A DNA stretch of 56,184 nt, the filler included, from Dugesia japonica (taxonomy: Eukaryota): the NCBI GenBank assembly GCA_001938525.1. It is 4 parts of 4 records of this genome, joined end to end, with 100 filler letters (N's around TTAATTAATTAA, not from the genome) between each part and the next. Parts side by side here need not be neighbours in the genome. Positions count along the whole stretch, not along the records: positions 24,976 to 41,167 come from MQRL01643476.1; positions 41,268 to 56,184 come from MQRL01586727.1; 2 more parts are not named here. One strand, given 5' to 3'. The notes beneath the pieces are model-generated. The model was not told the origin of the DNA. It made no database searches and saw only the letters and a list, made by a program, of their open reading frames with translations. The translations under genes were made by a program, and so were the position numbers. This document shows positions 36,185 through 50,348 of this stretch, piece after piece (position 1 is the stretch's first letter; every line of letters begins with the position of its first letter).

Positions 36185-39100
36185 TCGAAATTCAAGCATT
36201 AAATAAATCATTATTAATATTAAAATCATAGACAAAAAATAAACGAAAATCAGAGATAATAATCCTATGAGTTCCAATTAAAAATTCATCGCTAATGATA
36301 AAATTAATTGGATTTGCACCTTGATATTCAATTGACTAAATATACTGACTAAAATTAAAAAACTAATATTTACGTACTTTGATAATGTAATCAAGCTTTG
36401 TTCGTAAATCAACAACATGCATTGAATTACCAATAATTTTTATAACTTTATAATAAAACAAGTACGAATATAAACGTACATATTTTAAAGGTAATAGTTT
36501 TTGACACATGTGACTACAATTTTTCTAAATTTTTATTTTAATTCATTATGCAAATAGCTTTCTTTGATAATAGGAAAATAAATAAAATACAATCTCTTAA
36601 TATTTATAATTAGAATCTTTCAAAAGCCATAAAATTACGGTTTTATGACAATATTTTCAGACAAAATATATTACAATTGTAATAATTAACTATTAATTTA
36701 AATATTAAGAAACTATTAATTAGACAAATTATATTAAAGAAAATACAAAAACACTATAATTGGTAGTACATTTTTGCGAACCTGATTTCATTATATTCGC
36801 TCAACAAGATGTTGATTTTCTATTTTCAAACATTGGTTTGCCGACAGAACATTTCAAGTAACATCAGAGATTTAATCAGTTATTTATCATACATTTATTA
36901 TGCAATAGTCAAAATGTTCAACATATTGCATTATCTAGTTATTTTCATTTTGGACAAAGTATGTGGAGAAAATTGCACACATCAGTAAAAGTAGCTATGT
37001 AAATAACAGAGAAGATGATGTCATGAAGGTGAAAAAGATGTTATTAATGTGTTTGAAAAACTTACCAACAGTGAGCCTTTCAAAAATGACCTAAATAATG
37101 TGGATTTCTTCGTAGATTATTTTAAGGACAATTATATCGGTCGTCTACTGTGTGAACGCAGAATGCAATCTCGATTTCCAATTAGCCTTTGGAATCAATA
37201 TGAACGTTTATTCAACGATTTTCTGAGAACCAACAACGTGGCAAAAGTATGGCACAATGCTTTCAACTCTATCATCAACATTTCACACGCTACGTGAAAT
37301 GTTATTTCATAAGACTGGTTCGAAAATTGCAACAACATACCTCAGTTATTCAGAGAAATCAAACTGAAACTGGTAGACGTATCGAGGAATAAATAATACT
37401 ATTAAAGCTTCGGTTTCTGGTTACAGTTAAAAGGTTCATTTGACATATTTTTCGGATTTTGAATATTAATGTGACATAGTTAAGTTTATTATTAGTTATA
37501 TTAACAGTTAATAATTATAATTAATCTTAATATATTTTGGCTAAATATATTGTTTCAGTATATTTTGTCCTACTACCAAAAATACACCGTTCATAAAAAA
37601 TTCTTAAGTTTATTTATTTCAAAATTTTAGTTTGCTAAACATATCAGGGATGTTCAATCTTCTGTACTTGCGAAGTACTTATTTTCTAAAACAAGTTCGT
37701 TTCTATCTGAGTATTCCGAAAGTAAACCCGTGTTTTCTCTAGGAAAATACAAAATATTTTGGAAAATCAAGTAGTTTAAATAATAAAATATTAACAGATC
37801 TTAGAAAGTTATGTAANNNNNNNNNNNNNNNNNNNNNNNNNNNNNNNNNNNNNNNNNNNNNNNNNNNNNNNNNNNNNNNNNNNNNNNNNNNNNNNNNNNN
37901 NNNNNNNNNNNNNNNNNNNNNNNNNNNNNNNNNNNNNAGTGCAAATATCAAATAAACAAATCAATACGGACAAGATAAATATAGTGGAAACAAGTTATCC
38001 ATTGCATTTAATATAAGCATGATAAGTAGAATTATATTTTGTGATTAAAATATGATTTATTAATTTTCAACCAACAATCAACTAAAAGTAATTATTCTAA
38101 GTACACGTAATTAATGGGAAAACTGCCTTGCGATTGTATGATTGAACAAACCTGATACAAAATAATTAAAATATCTTGACAGTTTTTTGTTAAAATGGTG
38201 CACGGTAAATTACACGATAATTTAAACTCATGAAATAAAGATAGGATTCAAAGCAATTTTAATAGATTTAATTAATCACCTATTATCAAAGAAATTACCT
38301 ATTCAATAAAATAATACATGTGAAAAAGATGGACTTCCCATAAAAAATTTTGAAAAATTTTTAATATCGCAATTTGAATAATCTTTTCTGATATAATATG
38401 CTACGGAATATAATAATTCTGCTTTTTTAATAGATAACTGAATATATTGATCAATATATGCTTTTAATATCGACTTTTGATTTTTCTTTGTAGCTAGAAT
38501 TTCACAGCATTCTAGATATCTGTAAATTGCACCACACCAATTGGAAGAACATTCCATTTTTGTCGCTTTTTCTGTACAAACTAAAGCTTCATTTATAAAG
38601 TTTAAATCGCATTCAGAAAACTGTTTTAAAATGAAATTGTTATCCATTATCAATAAATCTTTAAATCGATTATTCAAATAAATTTTAATATCAATTACTG
38701 ATTCTTTTAAAAAAGATTAAAGAAAGCAAATTCTTAAGATTTTTTTACCATTATATTTAGATTTTAATTCGTGATGGAACTCGTTTAGCTTTATACCGCC
38801 TTTCAAAAATAATTTAAAACATTTTTGGTTATACAGACATATGTTATTGCATATAAACTGAAGAAAATTTTCAGCAGATTTTCTTCTAAATTCAACAATA
38901 TTATCTTCAAATCTTTCTAAAAATCTACATTAAACTTTTAAGAAACAATGTTAAATTACTTAAATAATTGGGATTAATTAAAAAAGTACAGCATTTGGTA
39001 CCATATAATTTTGAATAAATGGTTTGTATGTTTAAACTAAGTTTAACGAATTCTTGATATCTCTTATAAATAATTACCTAAAATATTGTGGAATAAATCG

Positions 39101-39302
39101 ATCAATTCATTTAACCTACTTCAAAGAAACCATTTTCATCAAAATTCTGAAAAATAACATTTGACTGATAATTCGGCTACACAAATTTTAAAACCTGATA
39201 AATCACTTTATAAATTGTAAAATTGTATAGGAAATGTTTTTGCGGATCAGTAACCTGAATATTTCCTAAATGATAATAATTTGATAAATTTAAAATTTCC
39301 AT
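36185..39302 (-). CDS. RPS6KC1: RPS6KC1/SNX15-like protein (PX domain, MIT domain, start of pseudokinase), multi-exon
   Basis: Exons read 'MEILNL..VTDPQKHFLYNFTIYKV', 'VIIYKRYQEFVKL', 'RFEDNIVEFRRKSAENFLQF..LYN...FLKGG' (PX, close to RPS6KC1), the MIT-like ORF 38303-38677, then 'MHVVDLRTKLDYIIK' and 'THRIIISDFRLFFV' (kinase N-lobe-like). GT-AG introns are short apart from the one holding the MULE. The 3' end is uncertain. Confidence 0.75.
36638..37577 (+). mobile_element. MULE (Mutator-like) transposon remnant in an intron
   Basis: 'WFADRTF' (DGTF motif) and 'DYFKDNYIG...RFPISLWN...RTNNVAKVWHNAFN'; degenerate GACAA(A)ATAT-rich inverted ends. Confidence 0.8.
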
Positions 39303-39849
39303 TTGAAATTTTTAAAACTTTAATATGCAAACAGAAATTTTATAATTAAAATATTGTTTCGTTTCAAAATTGAATTTCCATTGTGAGATTGTTTTAAAAA
39401 TCGGTTTAATTTTTTGATATTATGACTTTGATTTATAGATATTTAAAATTAAATTAGTTAAAAATATTTTTTAATAAATCAATTATATCTTTTTAAAAAA
39501 ATTATTTTTAAATGGGAGATATGATTGGGAATTATATAATATTTTTATATTGACCTTTGTATATTTGAAAGAGAAAATTGACATGTATTTGAGAATATGA
39601 GAGTACATGATTGAATGTATGAGTGTGTGTATATAATTTGAAGTGCTCAAACATTATTACATTACTGATTCCTATAATGATAAAACGGAATTTTTAGAAA
39701 TTTTATTTGTAAGACATGTTTCCGACAAATCTATGTCCATCAGTTACTATTGTAAAATAAGAAGGAAATTGTTTATATACTGGCTAATAAAACCTGTTAA
39801 GTAATTAATCCAATAAAATAAGATTGAAATAAATTTAAAAGTAAATGTG

Positions 39850-40400
39850 TGTTAATCAGAGTATTAAGACTTGAATTATGCAACCCAATTCTNAAAGCCT
39901 CACACGAAATTCTTTCAAAATAGTTACCAAAACCGCTGTTCAAAACTGTAAACTCATCGATGCTTATTTTGTCTTTTCTATTTTTCTAGCAACAGGCATG
40001 ATAGAAAACCGAACTTTTTCTATTCAATTGCATATGCTTGCTAACAAGTGTGCGAAGATGATGTTTTGTGTCTCCAATATACCAGTTACAAGTAAATTGA
40101 TAAACTAGGTTAGAGCTTTTGGTATTGTAGATTTGTTGCTTAAATACCTGGAAGTTTTTTTTTAATGAAAGTTAATTTAAATTTATTGTTGGAGTTCCAC
40201 CTAAGTAGCTCAATTTTAAGTTATATCTAAAGTGACGTGACTTAGTAAAACCCTGTGAAAAATTTAACCCTAAAGTCCATTCTAGGTCTTCAGAATGAAG
40301 CCGGTAACTCGTAACTTATAGTTCAAAAGCATATTCCCATTTCTTTGGTTTGGGTTCACACTTCATAAAACTCGCTCTAATTTATGAGGCAAACTTAACG
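39850..40400 (-). mobile_element. Penelope-like retroelement remnant (GIY-YIG)
   Basis: Minus strand 'CNWYIGDTKHHLRTLVSKH...SSVFYH...FTVL'. Confidence 0.7.
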
Positions 40401-40803
40401 TTTATTGCTTTATTAGTCATTAGTTATGGTGACAGCGTGGTCGAATTTTAATTGTGCAACTATATTCGACTATTATTACTTGCTACTTTACTCCATCGTC
40501 TATAGTTCATAATTTTTTGAGTGAGGTGAAAAATCAAGCCTTTGATTCATAATTCATTACAATGCTAATTATCATTTTCTTATCGTAGATCAAAGTTGAC
40601 ATCAAGTCATACTCATACGCTACCCTATCATTAACATAAACATTAACCTTATCCACTTTAGTTATATATCGCCATTCATTATTAACACTACCACTTATTG
40701 TGTAATCTTATTATCGTTAATCCTCATTATTAAGTATTCCTTTGATGTTATTCTAATTTCCCCTAGTTGCCATTATTAACGCTATTAATATTATTCTTAC
40801 CAC

Positions 40804-41167
40804 TGTTGGGGTGAAACACCCGGTTGGTAAAGAAAAGTGAGAGCCAGGGGGGTTGAAAAGAAAATTGATTAGAAATACGTATCATTTGGCTAAAAATTAT
40901 AATACATAACCTAATAAAAAGATCAGCAAGAAAGGTAAACGGCAGAAAGAAAATATCAGATGAATGAATTCAACCACCACCTATGTCAATAATTAGAGAA
41001 AATTATAATTATTAATAATAAACAAGTAAATTATTATCAAAAATAATAATTTATTAACAGGAAAAATTAATTAAATTTTTGCAAAAAAAAGAAAATAATT
41101 GGCTGAAAAACAGTTTTTGTCAGATAACTCCACACTGGAAGGTCAGAAAAGATCCCAGTAAGAAAAA
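40804..41167 (+). repeat. LTR-like repeat start (copy of the 27247-28216 family), cut by gap
   Basis: TGTTGGGGTGAAACACCCGGTTGG..., colinear with the reverse complement of 27830-28216. Confidence 0.6.
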
Positions 41168-42189
41168 NNNNNNNNNNNNNNNNNNNNNNNNNNNNNNNNN
41201 NNNNNNNNNNNTTAATTAATTAANNNNNNNNNNNNNNNNNNNNNNNNNNNNNNNNNNNNNNNNNNNNTCTATTTTTTATTTTAATCAGTTAAATATGAAA
41301 ATTTTTATAAATGTTTATCAATTAAAATTGAAATTTTATTTTAAAAATAAATAATTTTATGGAAAGTGGCGGGTTCAAATGGGTGATTGGTACAATTGCT
41401 TTTCTCCCAGAAATAGTTAGACTAAAGATTTTGTTTATAAAGTTTTTAAACAATATTAAATAATTATTATTTTAATAATTAATAATAATTACTATTCCTA
41501 ATTAATAATTAATATTTTAATAATTTTAAACCCTATAGATTTAAAATCTTTAAAGTTTTTGACAAAAAATTTACAGTTTAGCTGTTATACTGTTTAGATA
41601 TTTACTAACTTCTTTGATTAAATATTCTGAAGATTTATTTGTAAAATGTTCAATTTAATTTGCAACAAAATCGCTTATTTTGTTAAATGACCTGGGCTGG
41701 CTTGTAGAAAAAATCTATTTTTATTTTTAAAAATTTTTTTTAAAAAAATATAAATTAATAGATGTCTAAATTCTTTTATCTAAATAAACAAATGCGTCGG
41801 TTATGTTTATTAGTGAAAATATCGGTATAAATATTTTTTTGTTTTCAGTTTTTTAACAAAGAAAAAAATGAAAGACATTTATTATTTGGATTCATTTTGG
41901 TAATGTGCCTCGGGGCTTATGAAATTATGTATGTAAACAGTAACAATGTCTAATTAAAGAAAAATTACGTAGAATAACGAATTTTTATTTATTAATTTTT
42001 AATGAATTATACCAACATAGATTATTCTTTAAGAACTTTCAAAATTTGGTTATTAAATCAAGGCTTTTTATTTAATTAATTTACTTAATTAAGGCTTACT
42101 TTATTCTAAAAATATTTAACGAACTATTGATTGCCTTGAAAATTGACTTTATCAGTGAAACTTTTTAATTTAAAGAATTTATCATTTAA

Positions 42190-42890
42190 TCTATGCCTAA
42201 CAAAATTTAAATTTTCAAGAAATGCTTTGCAAAATTCTGTATAAGAAGATGTAAGTCAGAAAGACAGTTCCCGCACCGGTCACCCAGTGATCACTGACGA
42301 CGAAGAAATTTTGGCTGAAATTAATTTATACCGCTATATCACGACGCAAACAATAGTAGAGAGCATCGTAATTGAATAGTCAACAATTCAGAAGTAGTTA
42401 AAAACTATAGGGATAAGAAAAACATTCAATAAATATATCTTGCATAAATTATCAGAAAAAAGACACAATGGATTTCATTGTAATATGTGATTCTCTCTAA
42501 GAAGGAAGTTCATTGAATCCATTTCCTAAACAAATAATAACTGGGAACTGGATACAGATTGTTTACAACAAAATGAAGTGTCGATGGTCATGGTGCAGTT
42601 GAGGTGAATCGTAGCTATCAGGTTCCAAACCTTGTTTGCATACTCAGAAGATGATGCCATGTATTTGGTGAGATTTTAAGTGCATTCTTTATTATGAGCA
42701 GCTTCTGAATGATTAATTTATCAATACAATAAAGTGCGGTGCTCAAATTGAAGAATTGAAGAAAGTTAATTTGAAGGAACATCCAGAATTGGCGAGTAGG
42801 CAGAATGTGATCTTTTACCATAACAACGCCAGACCACGTACTAAATTTTGCTAAACTGAAAGAATTCGGTTGGGAAGTAATACAGCATAA
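42190..42890 (+). mobile_element. Mariner (DD34D) transposase remnant
   Basis: 'LKQIITG..', 'SWCS*GE', 'IFYHNNARP', 'LKEFGWEVIQH'; many stops. Confidence 0.8.
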
Positions 42891-43107
42891 AAAAATGATT
42901 TCATTTTTATTTCATAATTATTATTTCAATTCTCAATAATTTAAATAAGATAAAATATTTTATAAAATACCCAGTAAATTTTAACAAATTCTTTTGTTCT
43001 AATATTTGTCATCTCCAGAATAAATTTTTAAATAGTTATTTTATTCATTTAGGAATAACATTTCTATGGCTTGCAATAATTAGCCTACTAAATTTACTAA
43101 ACATATT

Positions 43108-43344
43108 CCGTATTTTTCGGGGTATAAGCCGCATTTATTTTTTTTAATTATCAGAATTTCAACGTATAAGCCGCGGTTTATACTTTGAAATCTGTATCAG
43201 GTGTATTATTTCCCCCAAAGAGCTTATTAATTATACATAAAAATAAAAATAACTTATTNGTATGTTTTGGTATTTTAAGCCGCATCCCATTTTTCTTTCA
43301 AAATTTCATCGTATAAGCCGTTGCTTATACCCCAGAAAATACGG
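43108..43344. mobile_element. pogo/Tc2-like MITE
   Basis: TIRs CCGTATTTTTCGGGGTATAAG and CTTATACCCCAGAAAATACGG followed by TA; internal (TA)TAAGCCG repeats. Confidence 0.85.
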
Positions 43345-44296
43345 TAATATAAGGAAATGATTATGAAGAATTTTAGCCAAATTATTAATTTATTCGAAAA
43401 AATTATCTTTATAAGATTTACCTAATAAATACAATATAATATAATACATTTAATTAGTAATAGTATTACTAATAGTATTGGATATAGTGGGTTATAGTAT
43501 AAGTTTGGCTCACTGACTAACGCATTTTATCTAATGAGGCCCGAGAGATAATTTGAGTTTGAAACCCTTGGTTTAAATTATCATAAATAGATGGAAAATT
43601 ACAGAAAGGTAGCTACTCGTAATGAATGAAAAGATTTAATGAAAAATTTTGTTGACAATCACTAATAATAGTAATTATTGATTTGTTTTATAACTATTTA
43701 TAATTTACTTTCGTAACTTTTTTCATTTTAATTTGATTTCGTCCGGATTTTGCAATGACACAATTAATTAAAATTAAAAGTTTACATTTTTCAACGTCAG
43801 ATTCATTAAATTTAAATTCAATGAGAAATATTTAGAAAACTGTTCCCCATCTGCTGTAAAAATTCGCCATATTACTCAATTAGAGAGAATAAATCATCAA
43901 TTTTGTTTAAAAGATAAGCTTTGAAAATATTTTTAAGTTTCTATGAAAATATTTGAAAATGTAAACAGAAATAAAAATATTTTTTTCTTGAAATTTAAAA
44001 ACTTTTTCATCCTATCTAAATCGGGCTTCGTCTAGCATTTTTGGTAAATGGAGGAAATTTTAAATAAACAGCGTCGTTTTGGTCCATGCTAATTAAATGA
44101 AAATTCTTTAATTAATTTTATTAATTAATTTAAATATATAAACGATAATAACATTCCGATTTACATTTATTGATTTAAAAAGCTAAATTAAATTTATTGG
44201 TTCGAGATGCAAAATATAATTGACTTATTAACTTTTTACTGACAAGATAAAACTCAACATATCAAGCGTATAGAAGTGGATCTAATTTCCATCAAC

Positions 44297-44750
44297 AGTA
44301 GTAGATAGATAAAAGCGCATCGGATCAAAGATCTCCTCCTCGCCAGATAATAAGATTGAGTTTAGCCCATTACTTAACTGTGGTTTAAATTTATATAGTT
44401 TATTGTGTAATCGACATATGCTGATGACGTCATCATTATAATAATTATGTTATCATGTAGGAATTAAGTTTAAATTAAGTGAAATTAATGATTTTTCTTT
44501 AAATTAAGTAAAATTAACGACTTTCTTGGATCTTTCAAAATAAGTTCGGCCTATTTTTGTTTAAATGAACCAAAATTTTCAATTTTTTAAGTCGTTAAGT
44601 GAATTTCACCCGGCCAATATTAACATTAGAATTCTCCCCGGCCAATATTAGCATTAACATTAGCTTCTCTTTTGGATCATATTAACAATAATAATAATAA
44701 CAATAATTATTATTACTTACATTATATACAATTGAAATAAATTTGCTTGA
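44297..44750 (+). mobile_element. Isolated copy of the AGTAGT-terminal region family
   Basis: Starts AGTAGTAGATAGATA; shares the GATGA(C/G)GTCATCAT, TTTAAATTAA..GAAATTAA and CCGG..AATATTAACATT blocks with the reverse complement of 35240-35800. Confidence 0.6.
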
Positions 44751-45110
44751 AATTTTTGCGTGATTACCTCAGGATTTGAATGGCTTTTCCTGTGATTACT
44801 AAATAATAATTTCAAATAACTAATATTTGGATTGCGTTACATTGACTCGATTGAATCAAAGTCTTATTTATTACGAGTCAAAAGAAAAAGATGTCTTACA
44901 ATTAGTTGACAATTAACACAATTTAACTTAAATTTCAATTAACGTTTAAAATTATTACTATATTATCAAATTATTTGCTATTAACTCATTTAAATTATTC
45001 CAACTTAACTAAAATTTGCAAGTTTGAAACTTATTTTTACTTATCAAAAAAGTAAATTATTAAATCCAAATAAAAATTATCAAAATATATTACACAAGTT
45101 AGTTCATGAA

Positions 45111-48100
45111 CAGTGGCGTGGCTAGGTATGGTGAGTGTGTACGAGGTACAAAGGTCCATTCGACAAACCATAAAATTACAAAAAAATTTTAATTTTCTAA
45201 TTTAAAATTTTAAAATACTTTTTTTAAAAAAATATTCCTATTTTTTTAATCACCCTGTTTCCAACCAAACCAATCCAAATAAAATATGTAGGAAAATTTA
45301 CTCTGATAAGTTTTTACTTTAGAGGAAATACATATATAAAATGGGTATAAATTATTAGTCCACTGCCGTGTATAGAAAAGAATAAAATGCGACATTATAT
45401 TTTTTCCATACAAAAAAGTAATTATAACATATAAGTAATATGTTATATGATTCATGAAAGTCTCTTTAATTTACTGTTTTACAAAGTAAAGAATGAGACT
45501 TTTATATTTAGGTTTGTTTGGTTTTTTTTCGTTTTTCTTGTTGTATGATATGCCATATGCATATCATTCATATTGAAATAATAATAAATACGATATCAAT
45601 CATTCTTAACTTTGATGTCAATTCGATTTTAAAAATATAGTGTAATATTTAACGTTTTATACTTCTATACTTTTATTAAACTGTAAGTATTTGGAAAGTA
45701 TAACTATTTAATTAAAATTTAAATAAGGTAAAAANAATGAATGTCTTCAAAGTTTTTTTTCAAGTTACCGTCACCCTTTGACCCTCAAATTATAGTTAAT
45801 GTAATTGGAACCGAATACTTCTAAAAAAGTAAAAAGTGGGACCCAAAGAGTAAAATCAAAAAAGAAAAAGAGATTTTACTACAAAAATTACCGAAACTTG
45901 ATTCATTTCTGAAGAAAGACAGATAAAATATCCAGATCTTTAATACTCAACAGTCTGCAAATTCAAGTGAAAATGATGTTACTAAGATATCCATAAAGTA
46001 AAATGTAAGGCCCATAGTTGCAAATGAAAGAGATAAAAGCATTCAGCTCAACAATGAAACTGAACAGCCTGCTCAAAAAATCTCAACAAAATCAATGATA
46101 ACGATTTTGGTAAATATTTAAATCTGATTATATCTGATGGCGAAAAGCGTAAAATATTATGTAGTTCGCCATACTGACCAAAAGCACTGTTTCCTAAGGA
46201 CTCTAATAATAGAAGTGTCAACAAAATATTTATTATGCTAAATCTAAGTATGGTCCAGTTCCACGTTTATGGCTATGTTATTCAAAAATGTTGAATGCTG
46301 CTTATTGTCAGCCATATTGGCTGTTTTCAAATCAGATTGGAGGCATTTAAGTTACCGTATAAATTCCCATTGCTCATCAAAATTTCATACTGAGGCTTGT
46401 GCAGTTTATGAACTGAGGAAAAAAAATAAAACAGTTGACAAAAGTGATGAAGAGAAAGTCGGATATACAGCTTCATTTTGGAAAATGGTTTTAGAATGGT
46501 TATTTCGTATAACACTTATGCTTGCCAAAAATTGTTTGGCTTTTCGTGGTCATCGGAAAAAAATTTCAGATATTTATTAATGAAACGATTTTAGGATTTT
46601 TTCACTTGAAAAATCATTCTGTTACTGGAATGACCAACGAAGTTTTCCGTATACTGGATAGTTTGAACATTCCAATAGAAAAGCTTTACGATCAGGGGCA
46701 GGATGGTGCAAGTGAGTGGTGTTTACAATGGGGTACAATCAAAAATCAAAGAAATTCAACCCAATACCAAATATGTTTATAAGATAGCTTTTTTATATGA
46801 GAAAGGATATTGTACTACGCGGAAAGAATTGCTCGGAATTTACTACTTTTGTATTTATTTCAAACATTACTTATAAGGGAAGAGATTTATTCTCAGAACA
46901 GACCATAAAGCTGTCACTTTTATGCTAAATACCAAGAAACCGATCACATCACAATTTCAAACTTGGATTAATTATTTGAGTAGTCTAGCTGTAAAATTGG
47001 AATATAGAAAAGGATCGCTTCATACAAACGCGGATATGTTGTCAAAGAGTAAATGCGATACATGCGCCCGATTTCTAATGTCACATAAAGATCCCAAAGT
47101 GGAAAATTAAAACCAAGGATGTTAAATATCATAGATATTCAAGAAAAACAAGGCAATTTTGGTGAAAATGATGAAGGAATATGGATACATGCTCATAGGG
47201 TAGAATAAGTTATAATGAGGATACACCATATTTTGTGTCATGCTGGAACAGAAAAAGTAGCAGCGTATAAGAAGCATAAATATAAAGCGAAACATTTGTT
47301 GACTAAAGTACAAGGTTGTCTGTAAAGGTTGTCTGAAGCTGTATAACATGCCAGAAAGTTAAAATGTTGACAGCATAAACGAAGGAAGAAACGAAAGAGA
47401 CACAGCCTGACAAAATGTGTGAGTTGTTATTTATAGATGTGTGTGAACCACTGCCGGAGACAAGAGGTCGGAAAAATATATTTTCGGTATAATAGACCAA
47501 TGCAGTTAGTATATAGCCTTGATGACAATGACAAGACAAGATGATGAGACCATACGGAAAGCAATATTGTAGAAGTGGATATTAAAGTTCTGGTTACCGA
47601 GAGAAATTCGAGTTGATTGTTGAAGAGAATTGAATCTAAATAAATGATAGATTTTGCAATTGTACATGGAATCACCCTCAGGTTTTCGATTTCATATCAT
47701 TATAACACAGATGGGCAAGTTGAGAGACAGTTTAGAATTATGCGGGAAATGATAAATTCGACACTTAAAGAAAGGAAAACTTCAGATTGGGCTGATGTAT
47801 TGGCAGAGATAGAATTTACCTTAAATGCTACAAAACAGAAGACCATCAGGAAAAGCCCTGTTGAAATAGTACTTGGAAAGAGAATAAGCAGAGAAAAATG
47901 GTACAAAACCTATTCTCAAAAAGAGCACAAAGATCAAGATGAAGAGATATTGACCAAAAGAAAATTTAAGGTTGGTGATGAAGTCATTCGTGAAAGTTGA
48001 AACAAGAAACAAGAGCCAAGATCGTTAAGAAGGACCCTATAAGATCAAGAGGAAAGTTCACGAAAGACTCTACATTCTGGAAGATACAAACGGGAAAAGT

Positions 48101-49803
48101 CTTGAAACAAACGTAGAGAAGATCAAAAAAATTCTTAAAAAGGGGGATATAAAATAGTTTATTAAATTTTTAATTTTTAAAAACGGAATTTATTAAAATT
48201 AAAAGTATATTTAAATTTGTATCAAGAAAATAATTTATAAAATAAATTACTAAAATTTAAAAATATTAAAATAAAATTAAATGAATGAAAAATGTTTATT
48301 TAGTGTTTTAAAATTAGATAATAATAAAATATAAGAATTTAAATATTTAGTATTTTCCGTTTTTAAATATGAATTGATAAATTTGTTTGGAAAAAGCAAA
48401 TTTATGTTTATAGTTTTTTAAATAAATCTTGTTATGAATTCGAGTTCTGATGTTGATAATCCGATGAGTTCTCAAAACTCACGTAACAATGTTCATTGTA
48501 ATAGCCACAACTTGACTATGGTCATTAATAATAGTGTAGTTGGATGTCAGAATGTTATGTCATACTATACAATTTTGCAAAATATATATGCCTTCTTATG
48601 GCATAGTATAAATTGCTGGGATCTTCTATAATAATTTTCGAGGGAAATTGAAGTCGTTTTGAAAAAGCTTAACCCCACTAGATGGTCAGGAAGAATTCAA
48701 TCAATTGCTGCAATTAAGTTGCGATTTATTGACATTTTAAAAGCACTCTGAGAAATATCATTAAAGTGGAACAAAGCAGATGAAAGAAAAGAAGCAACTG
48801 CGATAAAAAAATGGAAAAGTTTGAATTTGTATTTATTACAGTATTTTTTATTCAAAATTATCAATGAAATAAATTTTGTTTCTAAAATGTTGAAACAAAA
48901 ACAGCATTGATTTCAGTGAAGCAGCCTCTCTATTAGAAACTTTAACAAGTAAACTAAATAAATTTAGAAATTCTTTCAAAGAATTCGAAAAGGAAAGTGT
49001 AGAGTTTGGAAAATATTGTAAAATTGATATAAATTTTACCAGTCAAAGGCAACGCCTAGATAAGCGTCATTTTGACGAATTATCTTCAGACTTTCGTTTC
49101 AATAATCTAGAGGAAAGATTTAGAGTAAATGTGTTTTATTATACCTTAGACAAAATAATTGTCCAAATAGAAAAACGCTTCATAGGTATGAATACAATTA
49201 ACCAAACTTTTTCATTTCTTCAACCTAGAAATATTTATCTATGTCTGAACAGGAAATAAAGATAGCTTGCGATAATATTTCAAAAAATATTCAGAAGTAT
49301 TTTCCAATAACTTGTCAATTCAGTTAATACAAGCTGCTAACTTGCTAAAACACTATTTGAAAGAAAACATGACAATTAAAGAATTTGCAGATATTCTAAC
49401 AACAAAATATATTATTATGGAAAGTGACTTATCTGATTTATACTTTTTATTTTATTTTTGCTTTTATTTTTTACCTTACCGGTAACAGTTGCGAGTGTGG
49501 AAAGGACTTTCAACAAATTTAAAAAAATAAAATCTACCAGAGGAATTCAATCGGACAGAGCAGATTGCATCAAATGCCACTACTATCCATTGAATACACA
49601 GAGGCTTCAAAAATGGACCTTAAAGACTTAATAAATACATTCGCAGAATCAAAGGCAAGAAAAAAAACTATTTAACTTTTTAAAAAATTTAATCAAATAC
49701 ACATAAGTTTTTCTTTGTGTATTTTATGTAATAAGAAAAGATTTGTAGGTGGACCCAAAAATGAATTCTTGCGCAAGAGCCCAAAATGCTAGCTACGCCA
49801 CTG
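45111..49803 (+). mobile_element. hAT transposon (Blackjack/ZMYM1-like), decayed, interrupted by a Gypsy fragment
   Basis: TIRs CAGTGGCGTGGCTAG and CTAGCTACGCCACTG; 'LAFRGH', 'QGQDGAS', 'LNPTRWS', 'TLPVTVASVERTF'. TSD not preserved. Confidence 0.9.
46785..48430 (+). mobile_element. Gypsy 3' fragment (RNase H, integrase, PPT, LTR) nested in the hAT
   Basis: 'KGYCTTRKELL', 'RTDHKA', 'YRKGSLHTNAD', 'YHYNTDGQVERQFR', 'EGPYK'; PPT AAAAGGGGGA at about 48138. Confidence 0.88.
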
Positions 49804-50269
49804 CCATATTACTTTCAAAAAATATTTAAGGTAAAACAATCCTGATTTTTCGAAAGTAAACCCAAGGGTTTTTTCCGGAAAATTCCGGTATGGAGATAAA
49901 TTTAATTAAAAGAAAATTCATTTAGAAAAAAAACTAAATAGACTTTTAAATAAAATTAAAGGTATAAATTCTTGGATAATCTAACAGAAATTTTAACTAG
50001 TGATTCGAATGTTTTTGTGATAAATTTGAAAGAGGTCAAAATGCTTAGATTATTTGTTTTAATTTAAAAAAGAAAAAAAGTATCATTTGTAAAATCTTTA
50101 AAAATATAGATATTAAATAGATAAATAAAATAAATACACAAGTTATATGATCTTAAATAAATAACAAAATTTTAAAAATTATTATTGAATATTTAAAAAG
50201 AATTTAATTTGTTGAGATAATTTAATAATTGATTATATAATCAGAATTTTAATAGATAGTTTAATTTTT

Positions 50270-50348
50270 TCATGCTCATACTAAGTTGGGTACATCTGAT
50301 TTCGTTCCATCTCTGAAATTAAGCACCGCTTGGCCTTATTAGTACTTA
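50270..50348 (+). pseudogene. 5S rRNA-derived sequence (pseudogene or SINE3 head)
   Basis: CATACTAAGTTG..TACA..TGAT.TCGTT..ATCTCTGAAATTAAGCA..GCTTGGCC...TTAGTACTT aligns with the first approximately 80 nt of eukaryotic 5S rRNA, including box A and the intermediate element. Confidence 0.75.

Noticed and set aside
43500-43575. tRNA gene
   Set aside because: A- and B-box-like words are present but there is no convincing cloverleaf; at most a decayed tRNA-derived SINE.
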